A stretch of 64,000 bases of DNA from NCBI GenBank assembly GCA_016930515.1, contig JAFGGO010000061.1:32001-96000 (forward strand). The letters are read 5' to 3'. The notes below the pieces were generated by a model. It was given only the letters and a program-made list of their open reading frames with translations. It was not told the DNA's origin and did no database searches. Positions 38,361 to 48,148 of the stretch are shown in pieces. Position 1 is the first letter of the stretch. The number at the start of each line of letters is the position of its first letter. Position numbers and translations under genes: made by a program. This DNA is from Promethearchaeota archaeon (GTDB lineage: Archaea; Asgardarchaeota; Lokiarchaeia; Sigyniarchaeales; SOKP01).

Positions 38361-40241
38361 ATGTTGCGTAAGAAAATCGAAAGGATAATTGAGGCAGAAA
38401 AAATCGCTGCAGGAGAGGTTATTGAACGCCCAGCGAATGTAGTAAAAGAATTAATCGAAAATTCTATCGATGCGGGAGCGAATGAAATTAAATTAATCGT
38501 AAAAAAGGCAGGAAAGTACCTTATACAATTAATAGACAATGGATTTGGGATTTCACCAGAAGAAATAGAATTTGCGTTTGAACGCCATACAAGCAGTAAA
38601 ATTAGGAGCATTGATGACTTAGACAGTCTTGAAACCTTAGGATTTAGAGGAGAAGCATTGGCGAGCATTGCTGCTGTAAGTCGGGTTGAAATAACATCAA
38701 GGACGATCGAGAACGATCTTGGAGTGCAATTAATAATCGAAGGTGGAGAGGTGAAAAATAAAAATCTGGTAGATTCCCCAATTGGCACTAATATAAAAGT
38801 CAAAAATCTTTTTTACAACATTCCCGCTCGTCAAAAGTTCCTCAAGGCAGATACCACGGAGCTAGGACACATTTCAGATATCGTTCAAAGATACGCCCTT
38901 TCCTATCCAGAGAGGCATTTTATATTTCGTCACAACGAAATAGATGTGTTGAATTGTCCTGCGAATAACGATTTAAAGACCACGGTCTTTCACATCTATG
39001 GGAAGAATATTGCAAACAATACAGAAAAGATCGACCATAACGACATTGATATTGAAGTTAATGGGCTCATTGGGCACGGTAAGATTTCTCAGAAGGATAA
39101 AAACGTTTCCAGCGCATTTATCAACCATAGATATGTGAAAAGCGAAACGATATTCAAGGCAATAAAGGAGGCTTATAAAGGAACCTTGATGATTGGAAGA
39201 AATCCCTTTTATGTTCTTAACTTTAGATTAGATCCGTCCGTTATTGACTTTAATGTTCACCCAAAAAAATTGCTTGTGCGATTCGAAGATGAGGAATACA
39301 TCTACAACAAGATTTACAACATCTTAAGAGGATTTGTCGAAGAAAACTTTATTTCTAAAGAAGCAAAATATATCGATACTCAGTTAAACGAATTCGTAAG
39401 TAAAACAGTCAGATTTCAAAATCAAAAAAAACAACTTACTGAAATAAAACATAAAAACCCTATAAAAGAGATTAGTCAAAAAATTGTAAATAAACCGACA
39501 TTAAAAGGAGAAATATTTGAAAAAGAACCCAACCAGCTCGAATTAATTAGACCAGATCGAGATGACAATCTCGAAGAAATAGAATCCAATCATATATTAT
39601 CTAATAACCACTATAAGCCCTCAAAGAACCTTCCACATTTAAAACTTATCTCTAAATCGGGACAATTAAGCAATAACACTTATATTATATTAGAAGGCCA
39701 TAATGAAGACGATGAGGAAGGAATATATATTCTAGATCAACACGCGGCTTCTGAAAGAATAAACAAGGAAATTCTTTTAAAATCTTGCGATAACAGAAAT
39801 AACTCTAAAAAACAGGGACTTATTTCTCCTTATAAAGTGGATGTTGCTCCTAGTGATAAGTTCTTTCTACGGGAAAATTTAGAAGATTTTAAAAGATTAG
39901 GATTTAATTTCGAACATTTTGGAGGGAATACCTTCGTTCTAAGGGAAATCCCCACAATAATGGAAAAGACACCTCCCATTGACATAGTGAAAGATATGGT
40001 TTCAGATATTGCAAAAATTGGAAAAGATAAGAGTTTTGAGAATGTTAAAGAAGAGATAATTAATTACCTTGCATGTCATAAAAGCATCAGAGGAGGAGAC
40101 CAAATGAACCCCACAGATGTAAAAAAACTCCTTATTGACCTATTCAAGACAAATGATCCATTCCATTGCGCTCACGGAAGACCAACCTTAAAATTCATAT
40201 CTTTTAAAGAATTAGATAAGCTTTTCAAGAGATCGGTTTAA
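38361..40241 (+). CDS. mutL: DNA mismatch repair endonuclease MutL
   Basis: IAAGEVIERP, GFRGEALASI, DFNVHP, DQHAASERINKE, ACHKS, CAHGRP. Confidence 0.97.
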   Translation: MLRKKIERIIEAEKIAAGEVIERPANVVKELIENSIDAGANEIKLIVKKAGKYLIQLIDNGFGISPEEIEFAFERHTSSKIRSIDDLDSLETLGFRGEALASIAAVSRVEITSRTIENDLGVQLIIEGGEVKNKNLVDSPIGTNIKVKNLFYNIPARQKFLKADTTELGHISDIVQRYALSYPERHFIFRHNEIDVLNCPANNDLKTTVFHIYGKNIANNTEKIDHNDIDIEVNGLIGHGKISQKDKNVSSAFINHRYVKSETIFKAIKEAYKGTLMIGRNPFYVLNFRLDPSVIDFNVHPKKLLVRFEDEEYIYNKIYNILRGFVEENFISKEAKYIDTQLNEFVSKTVRFQNQKKQLTEIKHKNPIKEISQKIVNKPTLKGEIFEKEPNQLELIRPDRDDNLEEIESNHILSNNHYKPSKNLPHLKLISKSGQLSNNTYIILEGHNEDDEEGIYILDQHAASERINKEILLKSCDNRNNSKKQGLISPYKVDVAPSDKFFLRENLEDFKRLGFNFEHFGGNTFVLREIPTIMEKTPPIDIVKDMVSDIAKIGKDKSFENVKEEIINYLACHKSIRGGDQMNPTDVKKLLIDLFKTNDPFHCAHGRPTLKFISFKELDKLFKRSV

Positions 40242-40342
40242 ATGGTCTAGCATAGGTGTCGCAGTACAAATGTTTTTATGCATCTTTTTTTACTATTTTA
40301 TAAATAGATACCCAACCATATTATCATCCACCACCAATCGGA

Positions 40343-42016
40343 TTGACCCAAACCGTGACTCCTAAGGATAAACAAAAAAAAGAAAAGGAAAACAAGACCA
40401 ACAAGAGAGAAACCGTTGAACAAGATATTATGAAAGAAGAGCAGGATTCCCTTGGTGTCAACGATCAAAATATGGTCGAAGATATGAAGTTCGCGCCCTT
40501 GGACCAATACAACAATGGAGACTCAAATGATATTAACAAACTAATTGCTTTAAAAGAGGAGCATTATTCAAGACAAGAATACGGTGACGCAATAATCTTA
40601 GCAGAACAGATCATCCGTATGGCAAGGAAAAACGAGAAAAAAGACCTCGTTCAAGAGCACGAAAAATTCATTACGAAAGTCCATAAGGATATGAAAAAAA
40701 AATTCGCCAATGTGAATGTGGAAGATATTTTTAGAGAATTATCCGAACTCAAGGAGAAGCACGAATTTAATTTAAGATTTGAAGACGCAATAAATGTTGC
40801 TCGAAAAATCATTCATATTGCGTTAGTGACTAAAAAGAAGGATGTCATCGTAGAACAAGAAGAATATATCAAGGATATAAAACAAAAGATCAAACAAAAA
40901 CCTTCCAAACTCGAATTGGTAGAAAAAATTGAGAAACTTAAAGGTATTAAGCAAGAACATGTGGTAAAAGGAGAGGAAGCAAAAGCTATTGAAGTTGCAA
41001 GGCAAATAATTGAGATCGCAAAAATAGCATCAATAGAATTGGTAGTAGAAGAAGAGGAAAAATATATTAAGTCAATTAAAGAACTGTGGGATAAAGAAAA
41101 CTTCGTTTCCAGGGCAATAAACGATTTAAAAGATCAAAAATCTGATTACGACATATTAATCAAATATAATGCTTTAAAGGAAGCCCACCAAATGATAGAA
41201 GACTTTTCAACGAAATACCAAGAATATCCTGAAATATTTTCGGATCCATATGTAAAGGAATTTATAACGGAAGATAATAAAAAGTGGGTTAAATATAGCG
41301 TTTCAACAGACAAGTCCGGAGATGAGGAGCTCGGGGAAGCAGGAAGAAAAAAGATCGTAAAGTTGGAACTAGAAATAGTTAAAATCGAAGAAGAAAAATC
41401 AAGATTAAGGAGAGAATTGGGAAAACTTAAAAGAAAATTGGAATATTCTGAACTTGGACAACTTAAATTAGAATTAGATAAAAAAAATGCAGAATTAGAG
41501 ATTTTCAAAAAAAGGTTGGAAACTCAAGAGCAAAGATTCGAGGAGCGCGAGGAAAATCAAAAAGATAATATTGAAAAAGAAAAACAAGAAATCGAACTCA
41601 ATAGAGCTCAACTAGAAGAAGAAAAAACGAGGTTAAAATTAGAAGCTTTAAAACTCGAAAAATCTAAAAATTTTGAAGACGACGAGAAAACATTCGTTCA
41701 ACTAGAAAAAACAGAACTCGAGGAGGAGAGGCAAAGATTAACAACAGAAATAACGAGACTCATGGAAGACAAGGAGCATTTACAAAGAGAACAAATGATA
41801 TTTGAACGAGATATGGAAGAAAGAGAGAGACAATTGGAAGAAAAAACAAAAAAAATCGAAGAAAAACAAACGGAGCTTAATACAGAAGTGAGAAAATTCG
41901 AAGAAGACAAGGAGAAATTCGAATGGGATAAATTAAAACTCGAAGAAGAGAAAAAGAAGCTCGAAGAAGATAAGCAAAAAGTACAAGAAATAAAACAAAA
42001 ACTAATGGACTTGTAA
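40343..42016 (+). CDS. Helical-repeat plus long coiled-coil protein (start uncertain)
   Basis: Three 66-aa repeats (about aa 64-250) followed by more than 200 aa of E/K-rich heptads. Confidence 0.8.
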   Translation: MTQTVTPKDKQKKEKENKTNKRETVEQDIMKEEQDSLGVNDQNMVEDMKFAPLDQYNNGDSNDINKLIALKEEHYSRQEYGDAIILAEQIIRMARKNEKKDLVQEHEKFITKVHKDMKKKFANVNVEDIFRELSELKEKHEFNLRFEDAINVARKIIHIALVTKKKDVIVEQEEYIKDIKQKIKQKPSKLELVEKIEKLKGIKQEHVVKGEEAKAIEVARQIIEIAKIASIELVVEEEEKYIKSIKELWDKENFVSRAINDLKDQKSDYDILIKYNALKEAHQMIEDFSTKYQEYPEIFSDPYVKEFITEDNKKWVKYSVSTDKSGDEELGEAGRKKIVKLELEIVKIEEEKSRLRRELGKLKRKLEYSELGQLKLELDKKNAELEIFKKRLETQEQRFEEREENQKDNIEKEKQEIELNRAQLEEEKTRLKLEALKLEKSKNFEDDEKTFVQLEKTELEEERQRLTTEITRLMEDKEHLQREQMIFERDMEERERQLEEKTKKIEEKQTELNTEVRKFEEDKEKFEWDKLKLEEEKKKLEEDKQKVQEIKQKLMDL

Positions 42017-42083
42017 GGGATCAAAAAAATAATAAAGCTAATGCTTCAAGTTAGCAAATTTTATAAGTAAAGTTAAGTTTAAA

Positions 42084-42353
42084 TTACGCCTTGGAAAAAC
42101 CTAGAGCTTCAATTCCTTGAATGCCCTCAACCTGATTCAATAATTCTTCAAGTTTATCTGTTCCGCCCCATTCTTCAGGATATCTAATGCGAGCGCGAAT
42201 CTTTTTCAAACCGAAAGCAACTGGCATTATGTCATAGTGTTCGATTGTACATGAGTCCGGGAGAGTTTTTTTTAAGGTTTCTGCTAGTTCGTCAAATTCC
42301 GTGTCAGTATCTTCCGGAATTATATCAATTAACGCAATATATTCTTTTCCCAT
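42084..42353 (-). CDS. ef1b: Translation elongation factor aEF-1beta
   Basis: PVAFGLK, GGTDKLEE; adjacent to the Zn-ribbon gene. Confidence 0.93.
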   Translation of the reverse strand: MGKEYIALIDIIPEDTDTEFDELAETLKKTLPDSCTIEHYDIMPVAFGLKKIRARIRYPEEWGGTDKLEELLNQVEGIQGIEALGFSKA

Positions 42354-42387
42354 AGTATTAATACCTCTCTATTAAGTATAAGCTGGT

Positions 42388-42564
42388 TTAGGGCCCTTCA
42401 AACTCACACTTCAAGCACTTGTAAGTTTTTCCCATATCTCTACAACGTTCACATCTCCAAATCGTCACGTCTCCACAGGAAGGGCACGGAAAGTGAACAG
42501 CAGCTTCAAAGGGTGCGATAGGCCGACCACAACACATACAAAGGTTTTTTTTTAACGACGACAT
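42388..42564 (-). CDS. Zn-ribbon protein DUF1610/HVO_2753 family (58 aa, below ORF-track cutoff)
   Basis: MSSLKKNLCMCCGRPIAPFEAAVHFPCPSCGDVTIWRCERCRDMGKTYKCLKCEFEGP; four CxxC and terminal FEGP; conserved position upstream of ef1b. Confidence 0.93.
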   Translation of the reverse strand: MSSLKKNLCMCCGRPIAPFEAAVHFPCPSCGDVTIWRCERCRDMGKTYKCLKCEFEGP

Positions 42565-42783
42565 CGATAAAGCATATCTTTTATTTGATAATCTATGAGG
42601 ATTAAAATATAAAATAACTTTAATTATTTTTGGTTTTTAATGTCGTCCATTACAGTATGAGGATTTGAACGAAAACCAGTTAATCACGCGAAGAAAAATA
42701 GATTAATAAGTAATCGTGATTTTAATATAGACTATCGAACAATCTAATACTTCTAAAAAATTTCAAAAAAAGGGTGCAAGCTC

Positions 42784-43317
42784 ATTCCAGAAAATAAAGT
42801 AAAGAAATATTTTACATTTATCGAATGCTGGGCGTTTTGCGATATCTGTCAAGACATGGTCGCACTCGATATTGACAAAAAAGAAATCATTAACGGGCTT
42901 AAAATGGGAATTTATACGAAGGAACACATCCATAGCAATCCATTTCCCGATGAAGACGATTACGACGATAATTCTGGTCAGGAACACCACATTTATGTTT
43001 ATATCAACTCAGACTATGATGTAACGGGAGTAAAATCGTTCTTTGGTGACATGCCGAGCATGTCGGAAATAGACGCAGAATTAGCGCAAGAAGGGGGCGA
43101 AGTAATGATTCCCGTGGTGACCAAGGAAGTGCCAGAAATGAGCGTTCATTTAGGCATGCTCACGCAAGAAGAATTCATCATCCTTAAAGTATGCGACGGG
43201 ATGAACACGATACCCCAAGTTGCAAAAATTTCTGGAAAAACTGTAGAAGAAATAGATAAAATGATGCAAAAATTACACAAAAAAGGGCTCGTAAAAGTAA
43301 TCAGAAGAGAATTATAA
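42784..43317 (+). CDS. Putative metal-binding (CxxC...HxH...H) protein with C-terminal winged helix; probable ATT start
   Basis: Frame open upstream of ATG 42856 giving IPENKVKKYFTFIECWAFCDICQD; C-terminal LKVCDGMNTIPQVAKISG...KLHKKGLV. Confidence 0.7.
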   Translation: MPENKVKKYFTFIECWAFCDICQDMVALDIDKKEIINGLKMGIYTKEHIHSNPFPDEDDYDDNSGQEHHIYVYINSDYDVTGVKSFFGDMPSMSEIDAELAQEGGEVMIPVVTKEVPEMSVHLGMLTQEEFIILKVCDGMNTIPQVAKISGKTVEEIDKMMQKLHKKGLVKVIRREL

Positions 43318-43334
43318 TTAAAATATAACCATGG

Positions 43335-43991
43335 TCAAGAATCACAACTACCTATTACTTTTTTACCTTCTTCAAAGCCGAGATGCATTGCTTTAATGTT
43401 TAATTCTGGATCTCTCAACCATTCTTTAATTACCTCTTCGTAATGCTTCATTTCAATGAAATGGATTTTTCCCGTAGCGATCGCAAAGCCAAGCATTATT
43501 AAATTAACTTGTTGATTGTGTTTGAAATGATCCAAGGAAACTTGTGTTGCGTTCATAAAATACACGCCGTTTCTATATCCTTCTAAAGTTTCTTTTATTT
43601 CTTCTATGGATGGATACCGCTCGAATCCTGCCGTGATCATAACTCCTGGGATTGTACGATCGTTAATTACAAATGTTGTTTTACCCGACGCATATATACC
43701 TCTCCTTAATGCTTCCACGGGTTCAAAACATATGTATAAATCTGCATCTCCATAACAAATTAATGGAGACTGGAGATTCCTACGTTCGTCCTCAAAAACT
43801 TGCTTTTGATATCTGGTATGGCTTGTAATGGCACCCTCTCGCTGAGCGAGCCCATGCATTTCACTTCCAAAAGCCCTCTCTATCCCAGCTTTTTGTGCAG
43901 CAAACTCGATTAATCTTTTTAAAGTAATGACACCTTGGCCTGCCGTACCTGCAATTACAATATTTATAATATCAGTTTCTTTAAAATACAT
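43335..43991 (-). CDS. iorB: Indolepyruvate:ferredoxin oxidoreductase beta subunit
   Basis: AGTAGQG, SEMHGLAQREG, FEPVEALR, NLIMLG. Confidence 0.93.
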   Translation of the reverse strand: MYFKETDIINIVIAGTAGQGVITLKRLIEFAAQKAGIERAFGSEMHGLAQREGAITSHTRYQKQVFEDERRNLQSPLICYGDADLYICFEPVEALRRGIYASGKTTFVINDRTIPGVMITAGFERYPSIEEIKETLEGYRNGVYFMNATQVSLDHFKHNQQVNLIMLGFAIATGKIHFIEMKHYEEVIKEWLRDPELNIKAMHLGFEEGKKVIGSCDS

Positions 43992-44022
43992 GATTATTTA
44001 ATCCTTTCTTTTTTCTTTTAAT

Positions 44023-45972
44023 TCATAACTCGCGGAAAGGCACCTCTACACCTTCTAAAGCATTAATTACAGACTTGCGAATCGCTCCGTTTGGACAAAT
44101 TTCATAGCAAACACCGCATTTCACGCATCTATCTTGATCGATTTGCATTTCTTCGATTCCATCGGTTTCTACTCTTCTTATAGCAGGACAGCTTAAAATC
44201 CTTGCACACTCATAGCACATTTGGCACCCTCCAATAAAGTATGATACATCTTGAACCCGCTTACCTTGTGTCTCTAACGACCTTATCTGGCTCATTCTCC
44301 ACCTATTCGCTTGTAAAGCACATTCTCGTTTTACGATTATAACTTTTAATCCCTTTGAGTTTAAGGCCTCATCAATGCTTTTTATTAATTTCTTAGGATT
44401 GTAAGAATCCTCAACCCTGAGCCATTGTACTCCTATGGATCTGCATATTTTTTCGATCGAAAAACCACTTTTCGATAGGTATCTTAGCACATCATCTTGG
44501 TGGCCTGTCATTGCCGTCCATGAATTTTCAAAAATTATAAGGAGAAAATTCGAATCGTATCCAACAGCCTCAGCCAAGGGTGCCATACCGGTATGGAAAA
44601 AAGTAGAATCTCCTATCATCGCGAGAACTTTTTGATCGGTTTTTGTTGACATTCCAATTGCGGCGCTTATTCCACCCGACATGCAAATAATGAGGTCGCT
44701 GCATTCCTGCGGAGGAAAAAATGACATTACATAACAGCCTATATCTCCACATATTACAGTGTTATCCAGATGATTCGTAGCTTTCAGAATGGCGTAAAGA
44801 GTAGCGCGTTCGGGGCAACCAGCACAAAATGTTGGGAACCTACTTGGGACGATGTCTTTATAAGAGTTGAAATAATCAATTGCCTTCATCATCTGGTCAT
44901 TTGGATGTTTTCCATATATTTTCGCCAAACATGTAGCAACTAAACCAGTTGAAAATTCATTGTATTTTGGAAAATATTTTTCACCAAGAACTTCAACTTG
45001 AATTTTATGTTCATGCGCGATTCTTGCGATATCCATCTCAAGAAAAGGTTCTAATTCTTCAATAACAACAACTTTCTCAAGTGCTTGAAGGAATTTAATA
45101 ATTTGTTCGTAATTTAAAGGATAAATCATACCCAATTTTAAAACAGGAACATCTCTCAAACCTAATTGTTCGAGTGCTTCCATGGTATATCCAAAAGGCA
45201 TTCCACTAGTGATAATTCCTATCTTATTGGTTCCAGCAAATTCAGTGTTGAAACCCAATTCAGGGATGTCTTTTCGCAGTTGTTCGATTCGTTCATACAA
45301 TCGGATGTGATTGTTGATTGCGTGGGGTGGTAAGGAGTTAAATTTCGGAATGTTTCTTATAAATTCTCCCTTCTCCTTGCCCTTAATAATAGGTTCTAGA
45401 TTTACAAAACCGCGGGAGTGAGCACTTCTCGTCGACGTGCGAAAATTCACAACTAAATCGTATTTTTCAGAAATTTCAAACGCTAATTTTATCCAATCCT
45501 TGCATTCTTGAGGTGTATGGGGTTCTATGGTAGGTAAATGGAACATCCAGGCGTAGAAGCGTTCGTTTTGCTCCTGATGAGAGCCGAGGCTTCCAGGATC
45601 TGACCCAACTACAGTTACTAATCCTCCTGGTTTTGGTCCATTTAGGGCTATAACACTTAAAGCATCGCTCGCAACATTTAGTCCCACATGTTTCATAGGA
45701 TTTAAAGCCCTTACACCCGTCCAGGCAGCACCAGCACACGAAGAAGATGCAACTGCTTCATTAACTGCCCAATGATGAACCAAGTATTTATGCATTTCTG
45801 GTTCTGAATCCAAGATTTGATGGAAATATTCTCCAATATCACTAGTTGGAGTTCCAGGATATTGTGAAACATAAGAAACTCCCGCTTCAAGGCAGCCCCT
45901 GACAATCGCCTCGTTTCCAAGCATTAATACCCTTCCGTTTTCTCTAGTAAAACGCGTGTCTTTAATAGGCAA
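44023..45972 (-). CDS. iorA: Indolepyruvate:ferredoxin oxidoreductase alpha subunit
   Basis: LGNEAIVRG, YPGTP, MKHVGLNVA, FCAGCP, GDIGCY, GDSTFFH, C-terminal CVKCGVCYEICP. Confidence 0.95.
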   Translation of the reverse strand: MPIKDTRFTRENGRVLMLGNEAIVRGCLEAGVSYVSQYPGTPTSDIGEYFHQILDSEPEMHKYLVHHWAVNEAVASSSCAGAAWTGVRALNPMKHVGLNVASDALSVIALNGPKPGGLVTVVGSDPGSLGSHQEQNERFYAWMFHLPTIEPHTPQECKDWIKLAFEISEKYDLVVNFRTSTRSAHSRGFVNLEPIIKGKEKGEFIRNIPKFNSLPPHAINNHIRLYERIEQLRKDIPELGFNTEFAGTNKIGIITSGMPFGYTMEALEQLGLRDVPVLKLGMIYPLNYEQIIKFLQALEKVVVIEELEPFLEMDIARIAHEHKIQVEVLGEKYFPKYNEFSTGLVATCLAKIYGKHPNDQMMKAIDYFNSYKDIVPSRFPTFCAGCPERATLYAILKATNHLDNTVICGDIGCYVMSFFPPQECSDLIICMSGGISAAIGMSTKTDQKVLAMIGDSTFFHTGMAPLAEAVGYDSNFLLIIFENSWTAMTGHQDDVLRYLSKSGFSIEKICRSIGVQWLRVEDSYNPKKLIKSIDEALNSKGLKVIIVKRECALQANRWRMSQIRSLETQGKRVQDVSYFIGGCQMCYECARILSCPAIRRVETDGIEEMQIDQDRCVKCGVCYEICPNGAIRKSVINALEGVEVPFREL

Positions 45973-46159
45973 AATATTCTCATTTGATCTTTTATTGCTC
46001 TGTATTTTTTAAAATTGATAATAGAAAAAAAATTTTATTGATATAAAAAATAACAATTCTCTTTCATTGACGAAATAATGAATAATTTGAAAGAAGCTCC
46101 TATGGACAAAAATTCAAAAATTTATTTAAATTTGAACAACTTTACGACATAAGGACATC

Positions 46160-46432
46160 ATGATTGACGCAAGTAATATAGCTGAATTGGAGAAACAAGC
46201 CTATAGGAATTTCGAACGGATTCAAAAATCTTTGATTGGATTGTACGAAGTATTAAGCATTACCTACGGAGAGACATCTGAAAACATTTGTTTTAAGGCT
46301 GGACAAGATAACATCATAGGACTTTATGAAAATCTTCTCGAGCTTCTCCTCAACGAAAAAGGCTTGAACCACTTAGTCCGAAGCATAAAAGATTCAAAAA
46401 TAAAGCTCGATGTTACGTTAAGTGAGTATTAA
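46160..46432 (+). CDS. Small helical hypothetical protein, paralog of 49727-50035
   Basis: Shared NFxxIQxxxxGLY and AGxDNxIGLYxNLxELLxNExGLxHL. Confidence 0.8.
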   Translation: MIDASNIAELEKQAYRNFERIQKSLIGLYEVLSITYGETSENICFKAGQDNIIGLYENLLELLLNEKGLNHLVRSIKDSKIKLDVTLSEY

Positions 46433-46494
46433 CTATTTCTTTTTTATTAAAAATGTTATGCATTAAAAAATTAATTAAAAAAAAGAGTTAAAAA

Positions 46495-46911
46495 TTAAGG
46501 AAGGGAATTTAGAAAAGCATTAAATATTTGTTGAGTTGCCTCGGGTAGATCCTTTATAATTTTTCTTACTTTTTCTTCAAAATCTTGTTTTGATCCCGTT
46601 TCTTTTAAAACATAATTGTCAATATCCTTGAAAACGCTAACTATCTTCTCGTAAGCCATAATGATATTGTCGAGATTCTTGCTAACGTTTATCTTCCAAT
46701 CTGCGTCTAAATCGGACTTTTTCTTGTCCTTGTCTTTATCCTTGTCCTTATCTTTCTTGTCTTTATCCTTGTCTTTATCCTTGTCCTTATCTTTCTTGTC
46801 TTTATCCTTGTCCTTATCTTTCTTGTCTTTATCCTTGTCCTTATCTTTCTTGTCTTTATCCTTGTCCTTGTCTTTCTTGTCTTTATCCTTGTCTTTATCT
46901 TCTTTTCCCAT
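46495..46911 (-). CDS. Protein with N-terminal Lys/Asp repeat tract and helical C-terminus
   Basis: MGKEDKDKDKDKK...; synonymous codon variation within the repeat; ATG 46911 (ORF track 46923). Confidence 0.7.
   Translation of the reverse strand: MGKEDKDKDKDKKDKDKDKDKKDKDKDKDKKDKDKDKDKKDKDKDKDKDKDKKDKDKDKDKDKKKSDLDADWKINVSKNLDNIIMAYEKIVSVFKDIDNYVLKETGSKQDFEEKVRKIIKDLPEATQQIFNAFLNSLP
46718..46902. repeat. Coding tandem repeat, 27-nt unit (DKDKDKDKK) with longer variants
   Basis: Unit tctttcttgtctttatccttgtcctta repeated about 6 times, with extra DK pairs in some copies. Confidence 0.92.
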
Positions 46912-47021
46912 AAAAATCAACATAAAATAGTTTTAGTTCAAATAAGCTAAGTGTGTATTTAAATTTTGGTTTAGTCTAAAAAATCAGATTTATTTAATAT
47001 ATTTTAAAGACTCTTTTGTTT

Positions 47022-47480
47022 TCAAAAAAGCTTTCTTATTTCCTTAATCAAGGAAGATCCTTCTTTACATTTTCCTTTCAATAATTCATGCATTTCTATA
47101 TCTTTTTCTTGAACCACCCCATCGATCTTTATAACATCAGCTACACCCGAAATCACCTGTAGAATATTTCCCATATTGTGAGAATATTAGTCCTTTAATT
47201 TGTTATTCATAATGGCGTTATTATTATATTCAACATGTATGAGAAAAATGATAATGATGATGGAAGTGATAATTGATGGAAGATAATTTAGGATGATAAT
47301 AAATTCGTTTTCTGAATCGTAAAGGCTGTAATTAAACCCAGAGAGATAAATTACGATAGATATGGGAAAATAGATGAAGAATGATGCAATCATGCAATAA
47401 CACCATTTCACACTCTTTCCTATCTTGTTCTTAAATTAAGCCATTTTAGAGGGAAGGACAAGATAAATCCAATTAAATAA
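47022..47480 (-). pseudogene. Decayed membrane protein with HisKA-like C-terminal tail
   Basis: One frame reads WIYLVLPSKMA*FKNKIGKSVKW...(TM helices)...NNKLKD*YSHNMGNILQVISGVAD...LIKEIRKLF*; two in-frame TAA, no 5' part. Confidence 0.65.
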
Positions 47481-47481
47481 T

Positions 47482-48051
47482 TCAAGCAACAAATTTTTCA
47501 ATTGAATCTTGTTTTGAATTCGTCTTTTCATCTCTCTTTACAAGATGATCTAATAAAGAATAGAAGGTTTCTTTGATATTATAATTTGATTTTGCCGATG
47601 TTTTCATGTATCCAAAACATCGTTCATTACTCTCAACAATATGATTTGCAAACTTATCTAGATTAATATGGTTAGCGTCTTCCAAATCCGATTTAGTGCC
47701 TACGAGAAGAAGTGGAAAATCTCCTCTTTCCATCAATAAATTCATCCATCCTTCTATTCCCATTGAAGAAGCAAACCTAGAAAGGTCAAACAATAACATG
47801 GCACCAACGGCACCACTTATAAAATTTGGTAGCATGAATCGAAATTGCTCTTGGCCTCCAAAATCCCAAAAGATAACATTGTATTCATTGCCCTTGTGGT
47901 CGATTTTAATCGTCTTGCTAAAGAAACCGATACCTTTGGTCATGAGAGAATTATCGTCAAATATATCATTGATGTATCTATCTAATAAGGAGGTCTTTCC
48001 AACGGCACCATCCCCAGCAACTATGATTTTAATTGTTTTAATTTGTTCCAT
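47482..48051 (-). CDS. Rab/Ras-like small GTPase
   Basis: GDGAVGKT, TKG, WDFGGQEQF, TKSD, TSAK; ATG 48051 preferred because the ORF-track start 48159 overlaps the upstream gene. Confidence 0.93.
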   Translation of the reverse strand: MEQIKTIKIIVAGDGAVGKTSLLDRYINDIFDDNSLMTKGIGFFSKTIKIDHKGNEYNVIFWDFGGQEQFRFMLPNFISGAVGAMLLFDLSRFASSMGIEGWMNLLMERGDFPLLLVGTKSDLEDANHINLDKFANHIVESNERCFGYMKTSAKSNYNIKETFYSLLDHLVKRDEKTNSKQDSIEKFVA

Positions 48052-48148
48052 TTCAAGTAATGAATGGTGAAAATGGTTTTTAAAAATCAGTACAAACATG
48101 CTAGTTTCGTTATTATGAAACATACGATTTGAAAAAGAATATTTTTGA

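Noticed and set aside
46718-46902. Possible CRISPR array
   Set aside because: No unique spacers; it is an in-frame coding low-complexity repeat
46661-46930. Plus-strand Ser/Leu repeat ORF
   Set aside because: Antisense shadow of the KD repeat
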